64,000 nt of DNA, taken from positions 2,624,001 through 2,688,000 of the forward strand of contig CBDANF010000003.1 of the NCBI GenBank assembly GCA_965197475.1, read 5' to 3'. Position 1 is the stretch's first letter, and each line of letters opens with the position of its first letter. Shown in pieces: positions 1 through 10,785 of the stretch. The notes below the pieces were generated by a model. The model saw only the letters and a list, made by a program, of their open reading frames with translations, was not told the DNA's origin and did no database searches. This stretch comes from Candidatus Poribacteria bacterium (GTDB lineage Bacteria > Poribacteria > WGA-4E > WGA-3G). A program made the translations under genes and the position numbers.

Positions 1-1628
1 CTGTTTCTATTAATTCTGAATTGGAATACAAAGGTGATTTGAGAAAGTACATCGCATCCAGCGGACACAACGATCTATTAGGTCTACACGTCAAAGATAA
101 AACTAAACCGAGTTTTCAAAATTCAATGAAAATCACGGGAATTGTTGGAAAACTCGGTGAAAACAATACGCGAGTCAGATTGTTAGCGTTTAAACCACAT
201 CCTGATATGAAACGCATGATAGAACAAGCACCAGATGATGAATTGGTAGTTAAACTTAATGATAAATATCATTACGTTGCTAGTGCTTTACAAATTCAAA
301 TACGTAATGCCGATTATGCTCGCTTCAAAATCAGTGAGAAACTACAAATTCCTGTTTTACAACGCTCAGAATATATTAAAAAAATAGCCTCAATAATTAA
401 AAGCAGCGGTTTAACAGATCGGGCGTATTCCACATTAACTCATCCACACTTGTTTCTTAGCAAAAATGATATTGGGTATGATCCTAAACTGAAAATTGGC
501 AAAGATCAAGTTGTACCTTCAGAGTCAATCTATACTTCTCTAAAGAAATTTGGTATGTACAAATCCACAACCAACAAGCAGATACGTATCGGGATTTTAA
601 ATACCGCGCCTCAAACGTCATTAAATCGCCTCCGAATAAATTTGAGAAAAGAACTTAGCGAAAACCTGCAGTACGAATTGATACAAGCGATAGAAAAACA
701 GATTTCTAATCCATCACGGAAAGTATTAGAGTCTGCGATTGAGGAAATAGCTCAAAAGAACCCCGATATTATTTTAGGAATAATCCCAAAACCTGATTTT
801 GACACGGATGAATGGACACCTTATGATAACTTTAAGCATTTAACTTTAAAAAAAGATTTACAAAGTCAAGTTATTCAACCTAATAATGTAAATAACCATT
901 ATATTATAGGGAATGTTGTTTTAGGGATACTTGCAAAAATAGGTAATATCCCCTATGTGTTGGCAGAACCGATAACCTATGCTGACCTAGTTGTTGGGCT
1001 TGATGTGGCTCGTCAGAAAAAACGTAATCGTCCGGGTACTATGAACTCGGCAGGAATGGCAAGAATCTACTTTGCAAACGGTGAAATGATGCGATATAAT
1101 ATCCGTGAAACAATGCTGGAGGGAGAAATAATTCCAGAACGTATTTTACATGATATATTTCCGCAAACAGAGTTTACAGGTAAAAAAATTCTTATTCACC
1201 GAGATGGGGAATTGCCGGATTCTGAAAAAGAGGCGTTGATGAAATGGGGGAATGAAATTGGAGCTACGTTTTATTTTGTTGAAGTTATTAAAAGTGGAAC
1301 ACCGCGTCTTTATGCTAAAAACAAGGAAATTGTCAAAGCACCTAAAGGAAGCATATTTAAACTGGGTGAAACCGAGGCATTATTAGTTTCATCAGAATTT
1401 CCGGCGGGATTCAAGGCAACCCCGCAACCTATCCGCGTTCGTACTCACCATCCTTTTCCACTAGAACATGCTCTCCACTCTGTTTTGTCACTTACTTTAC
1501 TTCATTATGGGTCTATTCGTCCCCCACGTTTGCCTGTGACTACACACTATGCTGATAAGATATCCTCTATGGCTATAAAGGGTTTAAGACCGGAGACGCT
1601 TGATGGTGAAATTCCATTTTGGTTATAA
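1..1628 (+). CDS. ago: Long prokaryotic Argonaute (PAZ-MID-PIWI), 5' end outside the window
   Basis: The frame is open from base 3 (VSINSELEYKG...). MID 5'-phosphate motif YxxxK...SQ...K; PIWI motifs GLDV, LEGE, IHRDG, VEVIKSG.PRL and PRLPVTTHYADK; C-terminal PFWL. Confidence 0.93.
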   Translation, partial: VSINSELEYKGDLRKYIASSGHNDLLGLHVKDKTKPSFQNSMKITGIVGKLGENNTRVRLLAFKPHPDMKRMIEQAPDDELVVKLNDKYHYVASALQIQIRNADYARFKISEKLQIPVLQRSEYIKKIASIIKSSGLTDRAYSTLTHPHLFLSKNDIGYDPKLKIGKDQVVPSESIYTSLKKFGMYKSTTNKQIRIGILNTAPQTSLNRLRINLRKELSENLQYELIQAIEKQISNPSRKVLESAIEEIAQKNPDIILGIIPKPDFDTDEWTPYDNFKHLTLKKDLQSQVIQPNNVNNHYIIGNVVLGILAKIGNIPYVLAEPITYADLVVGLDVARQKKRNRPGTMNSAGMARIYFANGEMMRYNIRETMLEGEIIPERILHDIFPQTEFTGKKILIHRDGELPDSEKEALMKWGNEIGATFYFVEVIKSGTPRLYAKNKEIVKAPKGSIFKLGETEALLVSSEFPAGFKATPQPIRVRTHHPFPLEHALHSVLSLTLLHYGSIRPPRLPVTTHYADKISSMAIKGLRPETLDGEIPFWL

Positions 1629-1699
1629 TCGCAAATAACTTATACGACGTATCCTCACGACTGTTCTTGGAATATATTGGTTTATCAGGAAAACTACAA

Positions 1700-1722
1700 A
1701 ATCCTGAAAATCTTGGTTCAGA
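1700..1722 (+). repeat. Single arm of the 'aatcctgaaaatcctggttcaga' repeat family
   Basis: 22/23 match to the arm at 63316-63338; partial copies also near 38505-38521 and 42979-43000. Confidence 0.75.
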
Positions 1723-1812
1723 CAACCTTATTGGAAACCTAATAGACATTTGCATTTAGCGTGCCCCGCATGGTAAAATATTATTACCACTTAACCCGCA
1801 GGTTTCCATCAC

Positions 1813-3687
1813 ATGCACTCAAACCGACTCCTCATAATTATCGGCATACTACTTCTCTGTTTGGCAGCTACGCCAAGAGCAGTGCATGACTTTCAGAATA
1901 TAGAGCAGAATGTCACTCCAGAAAACACATCACCTGCAAACGAAACAGCGGATATCAACACAATCCCCCTCTACTACATCCCTCAACTCAACTTTGACGG
2001 TAATAAACATTTCAATCAGAAAAGGTTGCGCGATCTATTCAAGTGGCAAGCAAAAAAAGTATATTCTCACAACGAAATAAAAGAGGGGTTTGAGCGTATA
2101 CTATTAGCGTATCGGAAAAACGGGTTCGTGTTCGCGCTGATATCCCCGCCAACCGTTTCACCAATTTCTACAAGCAATACACAAGTATCTATTAACGTAA
2201 AAATTCGAGAAGGCAAACGACTCCGTATCGGTGAATTTTCGCTTATAGGGAATAAACTATTTTCTCAATCCATTATCTTACGCGAACTCGGTTTGCGAAA
2301 GGGGCAATTCTTCACGCAGACTGCCCTTGAACAAGGGATTGAGAGGATTCAACTGTTATACAGTGAACATGGATATCCTAAAGTTGAAATTGAACCTACT
2401 ATCACCAATCTTTCCGCTGGGACTGGCAGAATAAATTTCGGTTTGCAGATACGGGAAGGTGCAAAAGTTAGGCTAAGTGAGATCAAGGTGAGTGGACTCA
2501 CGAAAACAAAAACCGATGTGGTACTACGGGAAATTCCTGTTAAAGCGAACGACTATTTTGACCAGCGTAAAATAGACCAAAGTTACCACCGATTGAGGAA
2601 TTTAGGTTACTTTCACCACATTCATCCAAATTTGTTGGAGGCAGGCACAACTGAGGATACCCTCATATTTCATGCGAAAGTTACTGAAGCACGAACAGGA
2701 CGTTTAATCGGGATCCTCGGCTATGCACCACCCGTTGAAGGTTCAGAATCGGTGCCGCAACTCACAGGCGTTGTGGAATTCGGTGAGACAAACTTATTGG
2801 GGACAGGGCGGGATGTTAACCTCCTTTGGAAATCTGGTTTACTAAAGGCACTGCGAGTCGGATACAAAGAACCGTGGATTCTCGGAAAACCGATTACGTT
2901 AGGATTAGCGTATAGTCAACTCAAACAACGCAATCCGTTCAATGATGCTGAATCTGAAGAGCAGGCAGCAAGTATAAGTGGAAACACTGCATTCGGTAGA
3001 TTTTACGAAAGTGAGGTAACGCTTGGCTATAAACGGATTAAGTTTGCTGGCATCATATCTCCGTTGCCGGTTGCAACCTCACAAGACCCCTTTTCTACAT
3101 CCACAAATACTTTATTAGACGATACGCCTGCTTCAATTGAACGTGGGACGAAGTATAGTGTTACCCTTCGGTTAACGCGGGATTCGCGAGATTATTTTCT
3201 GAATCCTACACACGGTAGACGCGATAGTATCGCTGTTGAACTTTCCAGAAGTGATTTTAAACTGCGTAAAATCTGGCTTGACCTTCAACAGTACTTTCAG
3301 ATGTGGGAAAACCAAATAATCGCGATTGAGTTGCACGGTGCTGCTGCGTGGGGTGTCAACATTCCACCGACAGAACTGTTTTACCTGGGCGGTGCGAACA
3401 CACTGCGGGGATATGATGAGGATTGGTTTTCGGGACCTCGCAGAGCGCATGCGAATCTCGAATATAGGTTCCTTATGGGACGAAATTCACAAATATTTAC
3501 TTTCGTTGATTTAGGATCGGTTACCTTCATTGACCGACCATCTGTTTTTGATAAACTTCGAATTGGTTACGGGTTCGGGACAAGACTTGAATCTAAAGGC
3601 GGCATTATACAGTTAGATTATGGACTTGCAGCTGGGGATTCAGCACTACGGGGTAAAATTCATGTGAAATTAGGTGCATCGTTTTGA
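1813..3687 (+). CDS. Omp85/BamA-TamA family outer-membrane protein (about 3 POTRA domains plus beta-barrel)
   Basis: Signal peptide; POTRA motifs (FDGNKHF, YxxxGY, IREG); FYLGGANTLRGY (L6 loop); terminal Phe. Confidence 0.88.
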   Translation: MHSNRLLIIIGILLLCLAATPRAVHDFQNIEQNVTPENTSPANETADINTIPLYYIPQLNFDGNKHFNQKRLRDLFKWQAKKVYSHNEIKEGFERILLAYRKNGFVFALISPPTVSPISTSNTQVSINVKIREGKRLRIGEFSLIGNKLFSQSIILRELGLRKGQFFTQTALEQGIERIQLLYSEHGYPKVEIEPTITNLSAGTGRINFGLQIREGAKVRLSEIKVSGLTKTKTDVVLREIPVKANDYFDQRKIDQSYHRLRNLGYFHHIHPNLLEAGTTEDTLIFHAKVTEARTGRLIGILGYAPPVEGSESVPQLTGVVEFGETNLLGTGRDVNLLWKSGLLKALRVGYKEPWILGKPITLGLAYSQLKQRNPFNDAESEEQAASISGNTAFGRFYESEVTLGYKRIKFAGIISPLPVATSQDPFSTSTNTLLDDTPASIERGTKYSVTLRLTRDSRDYFLNPTHGRRDSIAVELSRSDFKLRKIWLDLQQYFQMWENQIIAIELHGAAAWGVNIPPTELFYLGGANTLRGYDEDWFSGPRRAHANLEYRFLMGRNSQIFTFVDLGSVTFIDRPSVFDKLRIGYGFGTRLESKGGIIQLDYGLAAGDSALRGKIHVKLGASF

Positions 3688-3860
3688 TATACTTTTCTTT
3701 TGGAAGAGCTTCAACCTAATTGGCATTTAAACGTCTTGATTAAAATAAAATTACGCGTGCTTGTTTATAGTAGCGCAATTTCCATATCTAATTTTATTTT
3801 GATTGCAACATTCCTAATTTTGTGCTAATATAATTTGATAAATAAAAGAGGAGGATTTGG

Positions 3861-5654
3861 ATGACAAACAATAGTAAATTGCTCAGTTGGGTTCAGGAAG
3901 CAGCGGAGCTGTGCCAACCCGATGATATTTATTGGTGCGATGGTTCTCAAGAAGAGAACGACAGATTGTGTGAGGAACTGGTCCAGAAAGGAACATTTGT
4001 TCGGTTGAATCCGGATAAGCGACCTGGCAGTTATCTCGCTCGTTCTAATCCAGCAGACGTAGCTCGCGTTGAAGGAAGAACGTACATCTGTGCCAAAACC
4101 CCAGCTGAAGCAGGACCTACGAACAATTGGCATGACCCAGATGAAATGAAAACAACCCTAAAAAGACTTTTTAAAGGATGTATGAAAGGACGCACGATGT
4201 ACGTCGTTCCTTTCAGCATGGGGCCACTTGGGTCACCGATTTCACATATCGGTGTAGAAATAAGTGATTCACCTTATGTCGTTGTCAATATGCGTATTAT
4301 GACGCGTATGGGCAAAGATGTGTTGGATATTTTAGGTGAAGATGGCGATTTTGTACCGTGCTTACATTCTGTAGGTATGCCGCTTGAATCGGGACAAGAA
4401 GATGTTTCCTGGCCCTGTAACTCTGACAATAAATATATAGTACACTTTCCAGAGGAACGCTCCATTTGGTCTTACGGCAGCGGCTACGGTGGTAACGCGT
4501 TGCTCGGCAAAAAATGCTATGCACTCCGCATCGCCTCTATTATGGCGAAAAACGACGGGTGGATGGCAGAACACATGCTCATTTTGGGATTAACCAGCCC
4601 TGAAGGCGAAAAAACCTATATTGCTGCAGCGTTTCCCAGTGCTTGTGGCAAAACGAACCTTGCAATGCTCACCCCTACTATCCCCGGATGGAAAGCAGAA
4701 ACTATCGGTGATGACATCGCGTGGATGAAGTTTGGTGAAGATGGTAGACTCTATGCTATCAATCCTGAAGCGGGCTTTTTCGGTGTTGCACCAGGAACAT
4801 CTATGGATACCAACCCGAATGCGATGCACACGCTTGGATCAAACTCTATCTTTACAAACGCTGCGCTTACTCCTGAAGAAGATGTGTGGTGGGAAGAGAT
4901 GCGCGAAGAGGAACCCGAAACCGTCACAAGTTGGCTCGGTGAAGAATGGCACCCCGGTGATGAAAAAACCGCAGCCCACCCCAATGCACGCTATACAACA
5001 CCCGCTTCGCAATGCCCTATCATTGATCCGAATTGGGAAAATCCCAACGGTGTGCCTATTTCAGCTATTTTGTTCGGTGGACGACGCGCTACCACGGTCC
5101 CACTTGTTTTTGAAGCATTTGATTGGCAACACGGCACCTTTATCGGTTCTATTGCTTCCTCTGAACGCACTGCAGCTGCGGCAGGTACTGTCGGGGAACT
5201 CAGACGTGATCCGATGGCTATGCTCCCGTTCTGTGGTTACAACATGGGCGACTACTTCGCACACTGGCTTGAAATGGGAGAAAAAACTGATACTGATAAA
5301 CTCCCTCGTATCTTCTACGTCAATTGGTTCCGCAAAGATGCGGATGGCGGATGGCTCTGGCCCGGTTTTGGCGAAAACAGTCGCGTTCTAAAGTGGATTG
5401 TTGAACGTATTGGCGGAAAGAGTGAAGCGGTTGAAACACCGATCGGTTATTTGCCAGCCAAGGGCGCAATTGATACCTCCGGACTTGATGTAACTGCGGA
5501 GCAAATGACGGAATTGCTGAACGTTGATATTGACGAATGGCTGAACGAAATTCAGTCTATTCGCGAACATTACGAACGGTTTGAGGACACACTTCCGAAG
5601 GCTTTGTTAGAAGAATTAGAAGCATTAGAAACCCGCCTGCGTCAAAGTCAATAA
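3861..5654 (+). CDS. pckG: Phosphoenolpyruvate carboxykinase (GTP)
   Basis: [32 protein letters not shown] and GDDIAWM motifs; RBS gaggagg. Confidence 0.97.
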   Translation: MTNNSKLLSWVQEAAELCQPDDIYWCDGSQEENDRLCEELVQKGTFVRLNPDKRPGSYLARSNPADVARVEGRTYICAKTPAEAGPTNNWHDPDEMKTTLKRLFKGCMKGRTMYVVPFSMGPLGSPISHIGVEISDSPYVVVNMRIMTRMGKDVLDILGEDGDFVPCLHSVGMPLESGQEDVSWPCNSDNKYIVHFPEERSIWSYGSGYGGNALLGKKCYALRIASIMAKNDGWMAEHMLILGLTSPEGEKTYIAAAFPSACGKTNLAMLTPTIPGWKAETIGDDIAWMKFGEDGRLYAINPEAGFFGVAPGTSMDTNPNAMHTLGSNSIFTNAALTPEEDVWWEEMREEEPETVTSWLGEEWHPGDEKTAAHPNARYTTPASQCPIIDPNWENPNGVPISAILFGGRRATTVPLVFEAFDWQHGTFIGSIASSERTAAAAGTVGELRRDPMAMLPFCGYNMGDYFAHWLEMGEKTDTDKLPRIFYVNWFRKDADGGWLWPGFGENSRVLKWIVERIGGKSEAVETPIGYLPAKGAIDTSGLDVTAEQMTELLNVDIDEWLNEIQSIREHYERFEDTLPKALLEELEALETRLRQSQ

Positions 5655-5834
5655 TACTGAGATGATTGTGCTGTAGGGTAAGTGACTTCATGCTCTTGCT
5701 CTACAACATAATAATTAATCTAAACCTTATCAGAATTCAATTCTATGGTCGTCTCCGTTCAATCCACAACTCCTCTACTAAATCGTAAGTATTTTATAAG
5801 ATAACTCTCGATTTATGAACACTCTTGATTTAAT

Positions 5835-5863
5835 TTGACTTTTTATTCTAACCATTATATAAT
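5835..5863 (+). promoter_or_regulatory. Sigma70-type promoter for apt
   Basis: TTGACT-17 bp-TATAAT. Confidence 0.7.
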
Positions 5864-6005
5864 CGTCATATTGGGACTAAATTCATATAAGTTGCCTCAT
5901 AGGAATGGCATGACTTAATTGGAATAATTCTGAAAACTCCGTGTTTCTTTTAGTGACAACTTAGATATTCTAAAAACTGTCCAAACTTAAAATTAAAGGA
6001 AGGGT

Positions 6006-6521
6006 ATGAGCGATTTTGCTAAATTTATTCGAAATATACCGGATTTTCCGGAACCGGGTATTTCATTTAAAGACATTACGCCGCTTTTAGGAAATGGTGC
6101 TGTTTTCTGCGCTGCAGTTGAGGTGTTCGCAAACTATTATAAATATAAGGTGGTTGACATAATTGTAGGAATCGAGTCACGAGGTTTCATTTTTGCCTCT
6201 GCAGTCGCGCATCGGTTAGGTGTCGGCTTTGTGCCTGTTCGAAAAAAAGGAAAACTGCCATTTGACACGTATGAAGTGAAATACGAACTTGAATATGGTA
6301 ATGATACACTAACAATTCATCAAGACGCTTTTCCAAAGGGCAGTCGTGTGCTTATATGTGATGATCTATTGGCTACCGGCGGAACCCTTGCTGCAACGGT
6401 CGAACTTGTTGAAAAACTGGGTGGAGACATTGTAGGCATTGCCCTCTTAATTGAACTCACTGAACTCAACGGACGAGAAAAATTGGAAGACTTGGATATT
6501 TTTTCTCTCATTAAATATTAA
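6006..6521 (+). CDS. apt: Adenine phosphoribosyltransferase
   Basis: IPDFPEPGISFKDITPLL, GIESRGF, RKKGKLP and DDLLATGGT (PRPP-binding) motifs. Confidence 0.96.
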   Translation: MSDFAKFIRNIPDFPEPGISFKDITPLLGNGAVFCAAVEVFANYYKYKVVDIIVGIESRGFIFASAVAHRLGVGFVPVRKKGKLPFDTYEVKYELEYGNDTLTIHQDAFPKGSRVLICDDLLATGGTLAATVELVEKLGGDIVGIALLIELTELNGREKLEDLDIFSLIKY

Positions 6522-6612
6522 CAAGTCTCTGACTATACTTTTGAGCAAGTGAAAATCAGCATACACAGCAATTACCGATTGTCAATTCGATGGAGACTAT
6601 TAGGGAGAGGAT

Positions 6613-7947
6613 ATGTTAGAAAAACTATTTCGTTTAAGAGAAAATGGCACGAGTATTAGACGAGAGATTGTCGCTGGAAGTACAACTTTTATGACGCTCT
6701 CGTATATTATTTTTGTTCAACCGTTTTTTCTAAAAGAAGCTGGTATGGACGAAGGAGCAGTATTGGTGGCGACATGTCTTTCCAGTGCGGGGGCAACTTT
6801 TTTGATGGCATTTCTCGCTAACTATCCTGTTGCTCTTGCTCCAGGAATGGGGATAAACACCTATTTCGTTTATGAGATATGTTTAGGAATTGGACTGGAA
6901 TGGCAATATGCTTTAGGTATCGTTTTCATATCTGGCATGTTGTTCGTCCTACTTTCGTTTGTCGGTTTGCGAGCGGCAGTTATGAATGCCCTTCCTACTT
7001 CCCTCCACAATGCAATTGCTGTGGGTATAGGAGCATTCATTGCTTTCATTGGCTTACGTATGAGTGGCATAATTACTTCGCATCCTGCAACGTTTGTAAC
7101 ACTCGGTAATATCCAATCTAAACCAGTACTGATTTCAATTTTTGGGATTTTAATAATACTCACCCTTATGGCACACCGAGTGAAGGGTGCCATGCTAATG
7201 GGAATCCTTGCTACAACTGTAGTTTCTTACATTTTTGGGATTGTAAAATTCGAAGGAATTGTTTCTGCCCCACCATCCATCGCACCAACTTTTTTGCAAT
7301 TACGGTTCCCAGATGTTACAAAGATAGTGGAACTTATCCCATACATTTTTTTCTTTTTTGCAGTTGACATGTTCGATAGTATTGGAACACTGACTGCTAC
7401 TGGTCATGAAGCAGATCTTCTTGAGGATGGCAAACTCTCTAAGGGAAGACAGGCGCTGTTGAGTGATGCTATCGGATCAGTTGGGGGGGCTTGTCTCGGC
7501 ACATCTACAGTGACGTGTTACATTGAAAGTGCTTCAGGAATTGCCGAAGGAGGACGCACTGGATTAACTGCAATTGTTACTGGTCTTTTCATGCTATTGG
7601 CAATGTTTTTTACACCTTTGGTTAAAATTGTTGGTGGTGGATATATCACACCAGATAGTCCTATCCCACTTTACCCAATTATTGGACCTGCATTAATTGT
7701 TGTCGGTGGCATGATGCTCAAAGATCTTGTCAACGTTAATTGGGATGATTTCACAGAAGCAATACCCGCTGCTCTGACGGTTGTTATGATGCCGCTGACT
7801 TTCAGTATTACAGAGGGTATCTCATTCGGTTTTATTTCTATGTCGTTTTTAAAGATTGTCACTGGACGTAGCAAAGATGTGAATCCACTTGTCCATTATT
7901 TTGCTGTTTTCTTCGTCGCTGTGTATATGCGTGATCTATTATTATAG
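6613..7947 (+). CDS. NCS2/AzgA-family purine (guanine/hypoxanthine/adenine) permease
   Basis: TTFMTLSYII, PVALAPGMG and YIESASGIAEGGRTGLTA motifs; many TM helices; follows apt. Confidence 0.92.
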   Translation: MLEKLFRLRENGTSIRREIVAGSTTFMTLSYIIFVQPFFLKEAGMDEGAVLVATCLSSAGATFLMAFLANYPVALAPGMGINTYFVYEICLGIGLEWQYALGIVFISGMLFVLLSFVGLRAAVMNALPTSLHNAIAVGIGAFIAFIGLRMSGIITSHPATFVTLGNIQSKPVLISIFGILIILTLMAHRVKGAMLMGILATTVVSYIFGIVKFEGIVSAPPSIAPTFLQLRFPDVTKIVELIPYIFFFFAVDMFDSIGTLTATGHEADLLEDGKLSKGRQALLSDAIGSVGGACLGTSTVTCYIESASGIAEGGRTGLTAIVTGLFMLLAMFFTPLVKIVGGGYITPDSPIPLYPIIGPALIVVGGMMLKDLVNVNWDDFTEAIPAALTVVMMPLTFSITEGISFGFISMSFLKIVTGRSKDVNPLVHYFAVFFVAVYMRDLLL

Positions 7948-8013
7948 GACTCAGGCAAATTTAGGTTCTGTGATGAAACTGGTAGGGCCCGCAAAAAGGA
8001 GAGTTCAATCAAT

Positions 8014-8295
8014 ATGATCCGGATTATAATAGGACCTGATGCGATCAAAAAAGAAGGATTGGATAGAGTCACAAAATCAATTATCAAAAAAGTCCACAAA
8101 TTTTCTAATGAGAATCATTGTGAAGTCTTATTTCTCACTGGTGTCAAAAAAGGCGATATTAATTATATGATGCGGCATATCCTAAGAGTATTGGATATGG
8201 CGTTGACTATAATGACGCGAGTTGACTCTGATAATATCAAGGATAGTGTGGACCACCACGGTAACGAATTGAAAGTAACTCTAAAAGTGACGTGA
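8014..8295 (+). CDS. Small hypothetical protein (93 aa)
   Basis: Good RBS (aaggagag) before ATG; no recognisable family. Confidence 0.55.
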   Translation: MIRIIIGPDAIKKEGLDRVTKSIIKKVHKFSNENHCEVLFLTGVKKGDINYMMRHILRVLDMALTIMTRVDSDNIKDSVDHHGNELKVTLKVT

Positions 8296-8447
8296 TGATG
8301 CGGCTCACCTGCAGTATTACAGATGGCATCACATTCGGTTCATATCTCTGTTCGTTTCCAACGGTAGTCATTGGACGCAGAAAAGAGGTGAATCCGCTCG
8401 TTCACTATTTCGCTGTTTTCTATATTGCTCGTTATCGGATTTGCTAA
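8292..8447 (+). pseudogene. Diverged duplicate of the NCS2 permease 3' end
   Basis: Translates to VMMRLTCSITDGITFG...GRRKEVNPLVHYFAVF, matching VMMPLTFSITEGISFG...GRSKDVNPLVHYFAVF at 7783-7947. Confidence 0.85.
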
Positions 8448-8536
8448 AAATCAGGTGTATTTAAAAAGATTTGAGAATATCGGTTAGATTAGAGTAGAAA
8501 TTTATTGAACTCTGAGTTTAATTTCGGAAATTTAAT

Positions 8537-8565
8537 TTGACTAAATTGGTCGGGTATAGTATAAT
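8537..8565 (+). promoter_or_regulatory. Sigma70-type promoter
   Basis: TTGACT-17 bp-TATAAT upstream of the CDS at 8707. Confidence 0.7.
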
Positions 8566-8706
8566 TGAACACATTATTTTGATAATAGATTTGGTTATCT
8601 CATTATATATCAAAGGTTCTCCTTCTGTCACACAATACTATTTCTTTTATCAAACTCACGTTAAAATATAGTAGCTCTATCAGCAATTTTTGGAGGAATT
8701 TCAACC

Positions 8707-10692
8707 ATGAAAAATTTTGTCTGTCTATTCACCCCGGTAATTCTTATACTATTTGCAACAATCGCTTTTGCACAAAACACCGATAAGGATCTAATTTTTC
8801 ATTTTTCATTTGATGAAGGCAAAGGGAACACGACTGAGGACGTTTCTCCAAATAAGTTAGAAGGAACGATCATAAATGCAGATTGGGGTGACGGCGTTGT
8901 GGGTCAAGCACTCCAATTTAACAATGGAGCTCTTACTGTTCCTGCACTCGGTGTTGATGAACCAGAAGAAATGACAATTGAGTTATGGTTCAAACCGACA
9001 GAGAGAATTGCCTACGGCGACAGGATAGATTTGATATATCGACTTAACGAAGGTGGACGTCCACATTTTACATTCAACCTTTCTGGCATATTATTTGGAT
9101 GCTACCTCGCAACACCTGACTATGAGTTTGTGGTACCGAGTTCATACACGGAGTTTTTTCCACAATGGTACTATCTTGTTTTGACACAAGATCAGGATAA
9201 GGCTGTTCTGTATATTGACGGTGAGATTGATGGTGAAGTATTAACGGGAGGTCCTGTTCGAATGGACTTGGTGAAGAATGGTATGTCCCTTGGTGGACAT
9301 ACAAAACGCAAAAGGTTCTTTAATGGTAGTATTGATGAAGTGAAGATGTGGAATGTTGCTCTCACAGCAGAGGAAATAAAGAAAACATGGAACAAGCATA
9401 CGCAGAATACGCAACTGCTTACTTCCGCAAATCTAAAAGTAGCAGCAAGACAGAAACAGAGCAAAGACCTTGCTGTCAAACAGAAGAAGACGAATATTGA
9501 GATTTGCACACATAATCTCCAAGAAATTGGCAAGGCAATTCAAACCTACCACAAAGAACACGGAGATCATCCTGAATGGCTATCAGACCTTCTTCCTAAA
9601 CACTTAGCAGATGCGGACATTTTGATCTGTCCAGCGGATAAAAATGGTGGTAAAGCACTCTATACCCGAGGTATAGACCCTAATAAGCCTGTGAGTTACA
9701 GCTACGAATTCTTCCCCGCGCAGCGAAAACAGGTGCAGGAGATGCGAACCATGTTTGGTGATACCACACCGCTTGTACGTTGTATGCATCATCAAATTAA
9801 GAAAGAACGTACTACTTTAAACTTGAGTTTTGCAAATAAGGTTTATCAGGCACCTTTGCGACGGTTCAATTCGCCGGTCAAAGTTTATGGTAGCGTTGAT
9901 GCAGCCATTGATGCGTTAAAAGCTGGATTTCAGAAAATGCCTGATAATGAACGTTTCTTCAGTAGTTATCCTACCCTTCTCAACCTGTATATGAAAGCCG
10001 AACGAATGGAAGATGCTGAGAATCTAATAGACCGTTTCAAGGCTCTCGTGAAACCTGATAATTTTTGGCATAATTCCTATCTGGGAGATATGTACAAGGA
10101 TATGAATCGGCATGATGAAGAACTTCAACTATATGAAGATCTTGAAAAACAGATGCCAAAAAATCGCGTTGTCTTTGAGAGACTTGCTAAGATTCATAAG
10201 GAACGAGGCAACACTGAATTGGCATTGGAATATCGGAAAAAGTATGTGCCAGGATTGGCGTTCCTTGGAGAGATGGTTCCCGATTTTTCTGCAACGGATC
10301 TCGACGGTAAACCCATTTCCTTTGAGGCATATCGCGGGAAAGTCATTTTAGTAGATTTCTGGGCAGTGTGGTGTGGACCGTGCGTCGCCGAAATGCCCAA
10401 CGTCAAAAAGGTTTACGAAAAGTATAAGGACAAAGGATTTGATATTATCGGAATCAGTCTTGACAACGATGAAAAACAACTCCGTGATTTTCTCAAAAAG
10501 AACGAGATACCTTGGCGACAAGTTTACAGTGGGAAAGGATGGGATAGTCCAGTTTCACAACAGTATGGTATTTATTCTATTCCCAATATGTGGCTTATTG
10601 ACAAAGAGGGCAAATTAATATCTAATAGTGCAAGAGGTGAAAAGTTAGAGAGCATGGTTGCCGAAGCACTCAAGGAAAAGTCAGCAGATTAA
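8707..10692 (+). CDS. Secreted LamG-like + helical/TPR + TlpA-like thioredoxin fusion protein
   Basis: Signal peptide; LamG motifs (FSFDEG...FNGSIDEVKMWNVALT); TPR-like helices; C-terminal DFWAVWCGPC redoxin. Confidence 0.82.
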   Translation: MKNFVCLFTPVILILFATIAFAQNTDKDLIFHFSFDEGKGNTTEDVSPNKLEGTIINADWGDGVVGQALQFNNGALTVPALGVDEPEEMTIELWFKPTERIAYGDRIDLIYRLNEGGRPHFTFNLSGILFGCYLATPDYEFVVPSSYTEFFPQWYYLVLTQDQDKAVLYIDGEIDGEVLTGGPVRMDLVKNGMSLGGHTKRKRFFNGSIDEVKMWNVALTAEEIKKTWNKHTQNTQLLTSANLKVAARQKQSKDLAVKQKKTNIEICTHNLQEIGKAIQTYHKEHGDHPEWLSDLLPKHLADADILICPADKNGGKALYTRGIDPNKPVSYSYEFFPAQRKQVQEMRTMFGDTTPLVRCMHHQIKKERTTLNLSFANKVYQAPLRRFNSPVKVYGSVDAAIDALKAGFQKMPDNERFFSSYPTLLNLYMKAERMEDAENLIDRFKALVKPDNFWHNSYLGDMYKDMNRHDEELQLYEDLEKQMPKNRVVFERLAKIHKERGNTELALEYRKKYVPGLAFLGEMVPDFSATDLDGKPISFEAYRGKVILVDFWAVWCGPCVAEMPNVKKVYEKYKDKGFDIIGISLDNDEKQLRDFLKKNEIPWRQVYSGKGWDSPVSQQYGIYSIPNMWLIDKEGKLISNSARGEKLESMVAEALKEKSAD

Positions 10693-10709
10693 CAAAGTAA
10701 GATGTTAAT

Positions 10710-10736
10710 AGGCGCGGATGAAACCGCGCCTTTAAC
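10710..10736 (+). terminator. Intrinsic terminator-like hairpin
   Basis: aggcgcgg-atgaaa-ccgcgcct followed by T-run; near-identical hairpin at 18070-18097. Confidence 0.7.
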
Positions 10737-10785
10737 TATATTTGTTCTTGACAACATTTAAGTGAACTGTAGAATCTCAAATGAA

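Noticed and set aside
5865-6005. Purine riboswitch upstream of apt and the NCS2 permease
   Set aside because: The context fits, but the conserved core (ATATGG...GTTTCTACC...CCGTAAA...GACTA) is not present.
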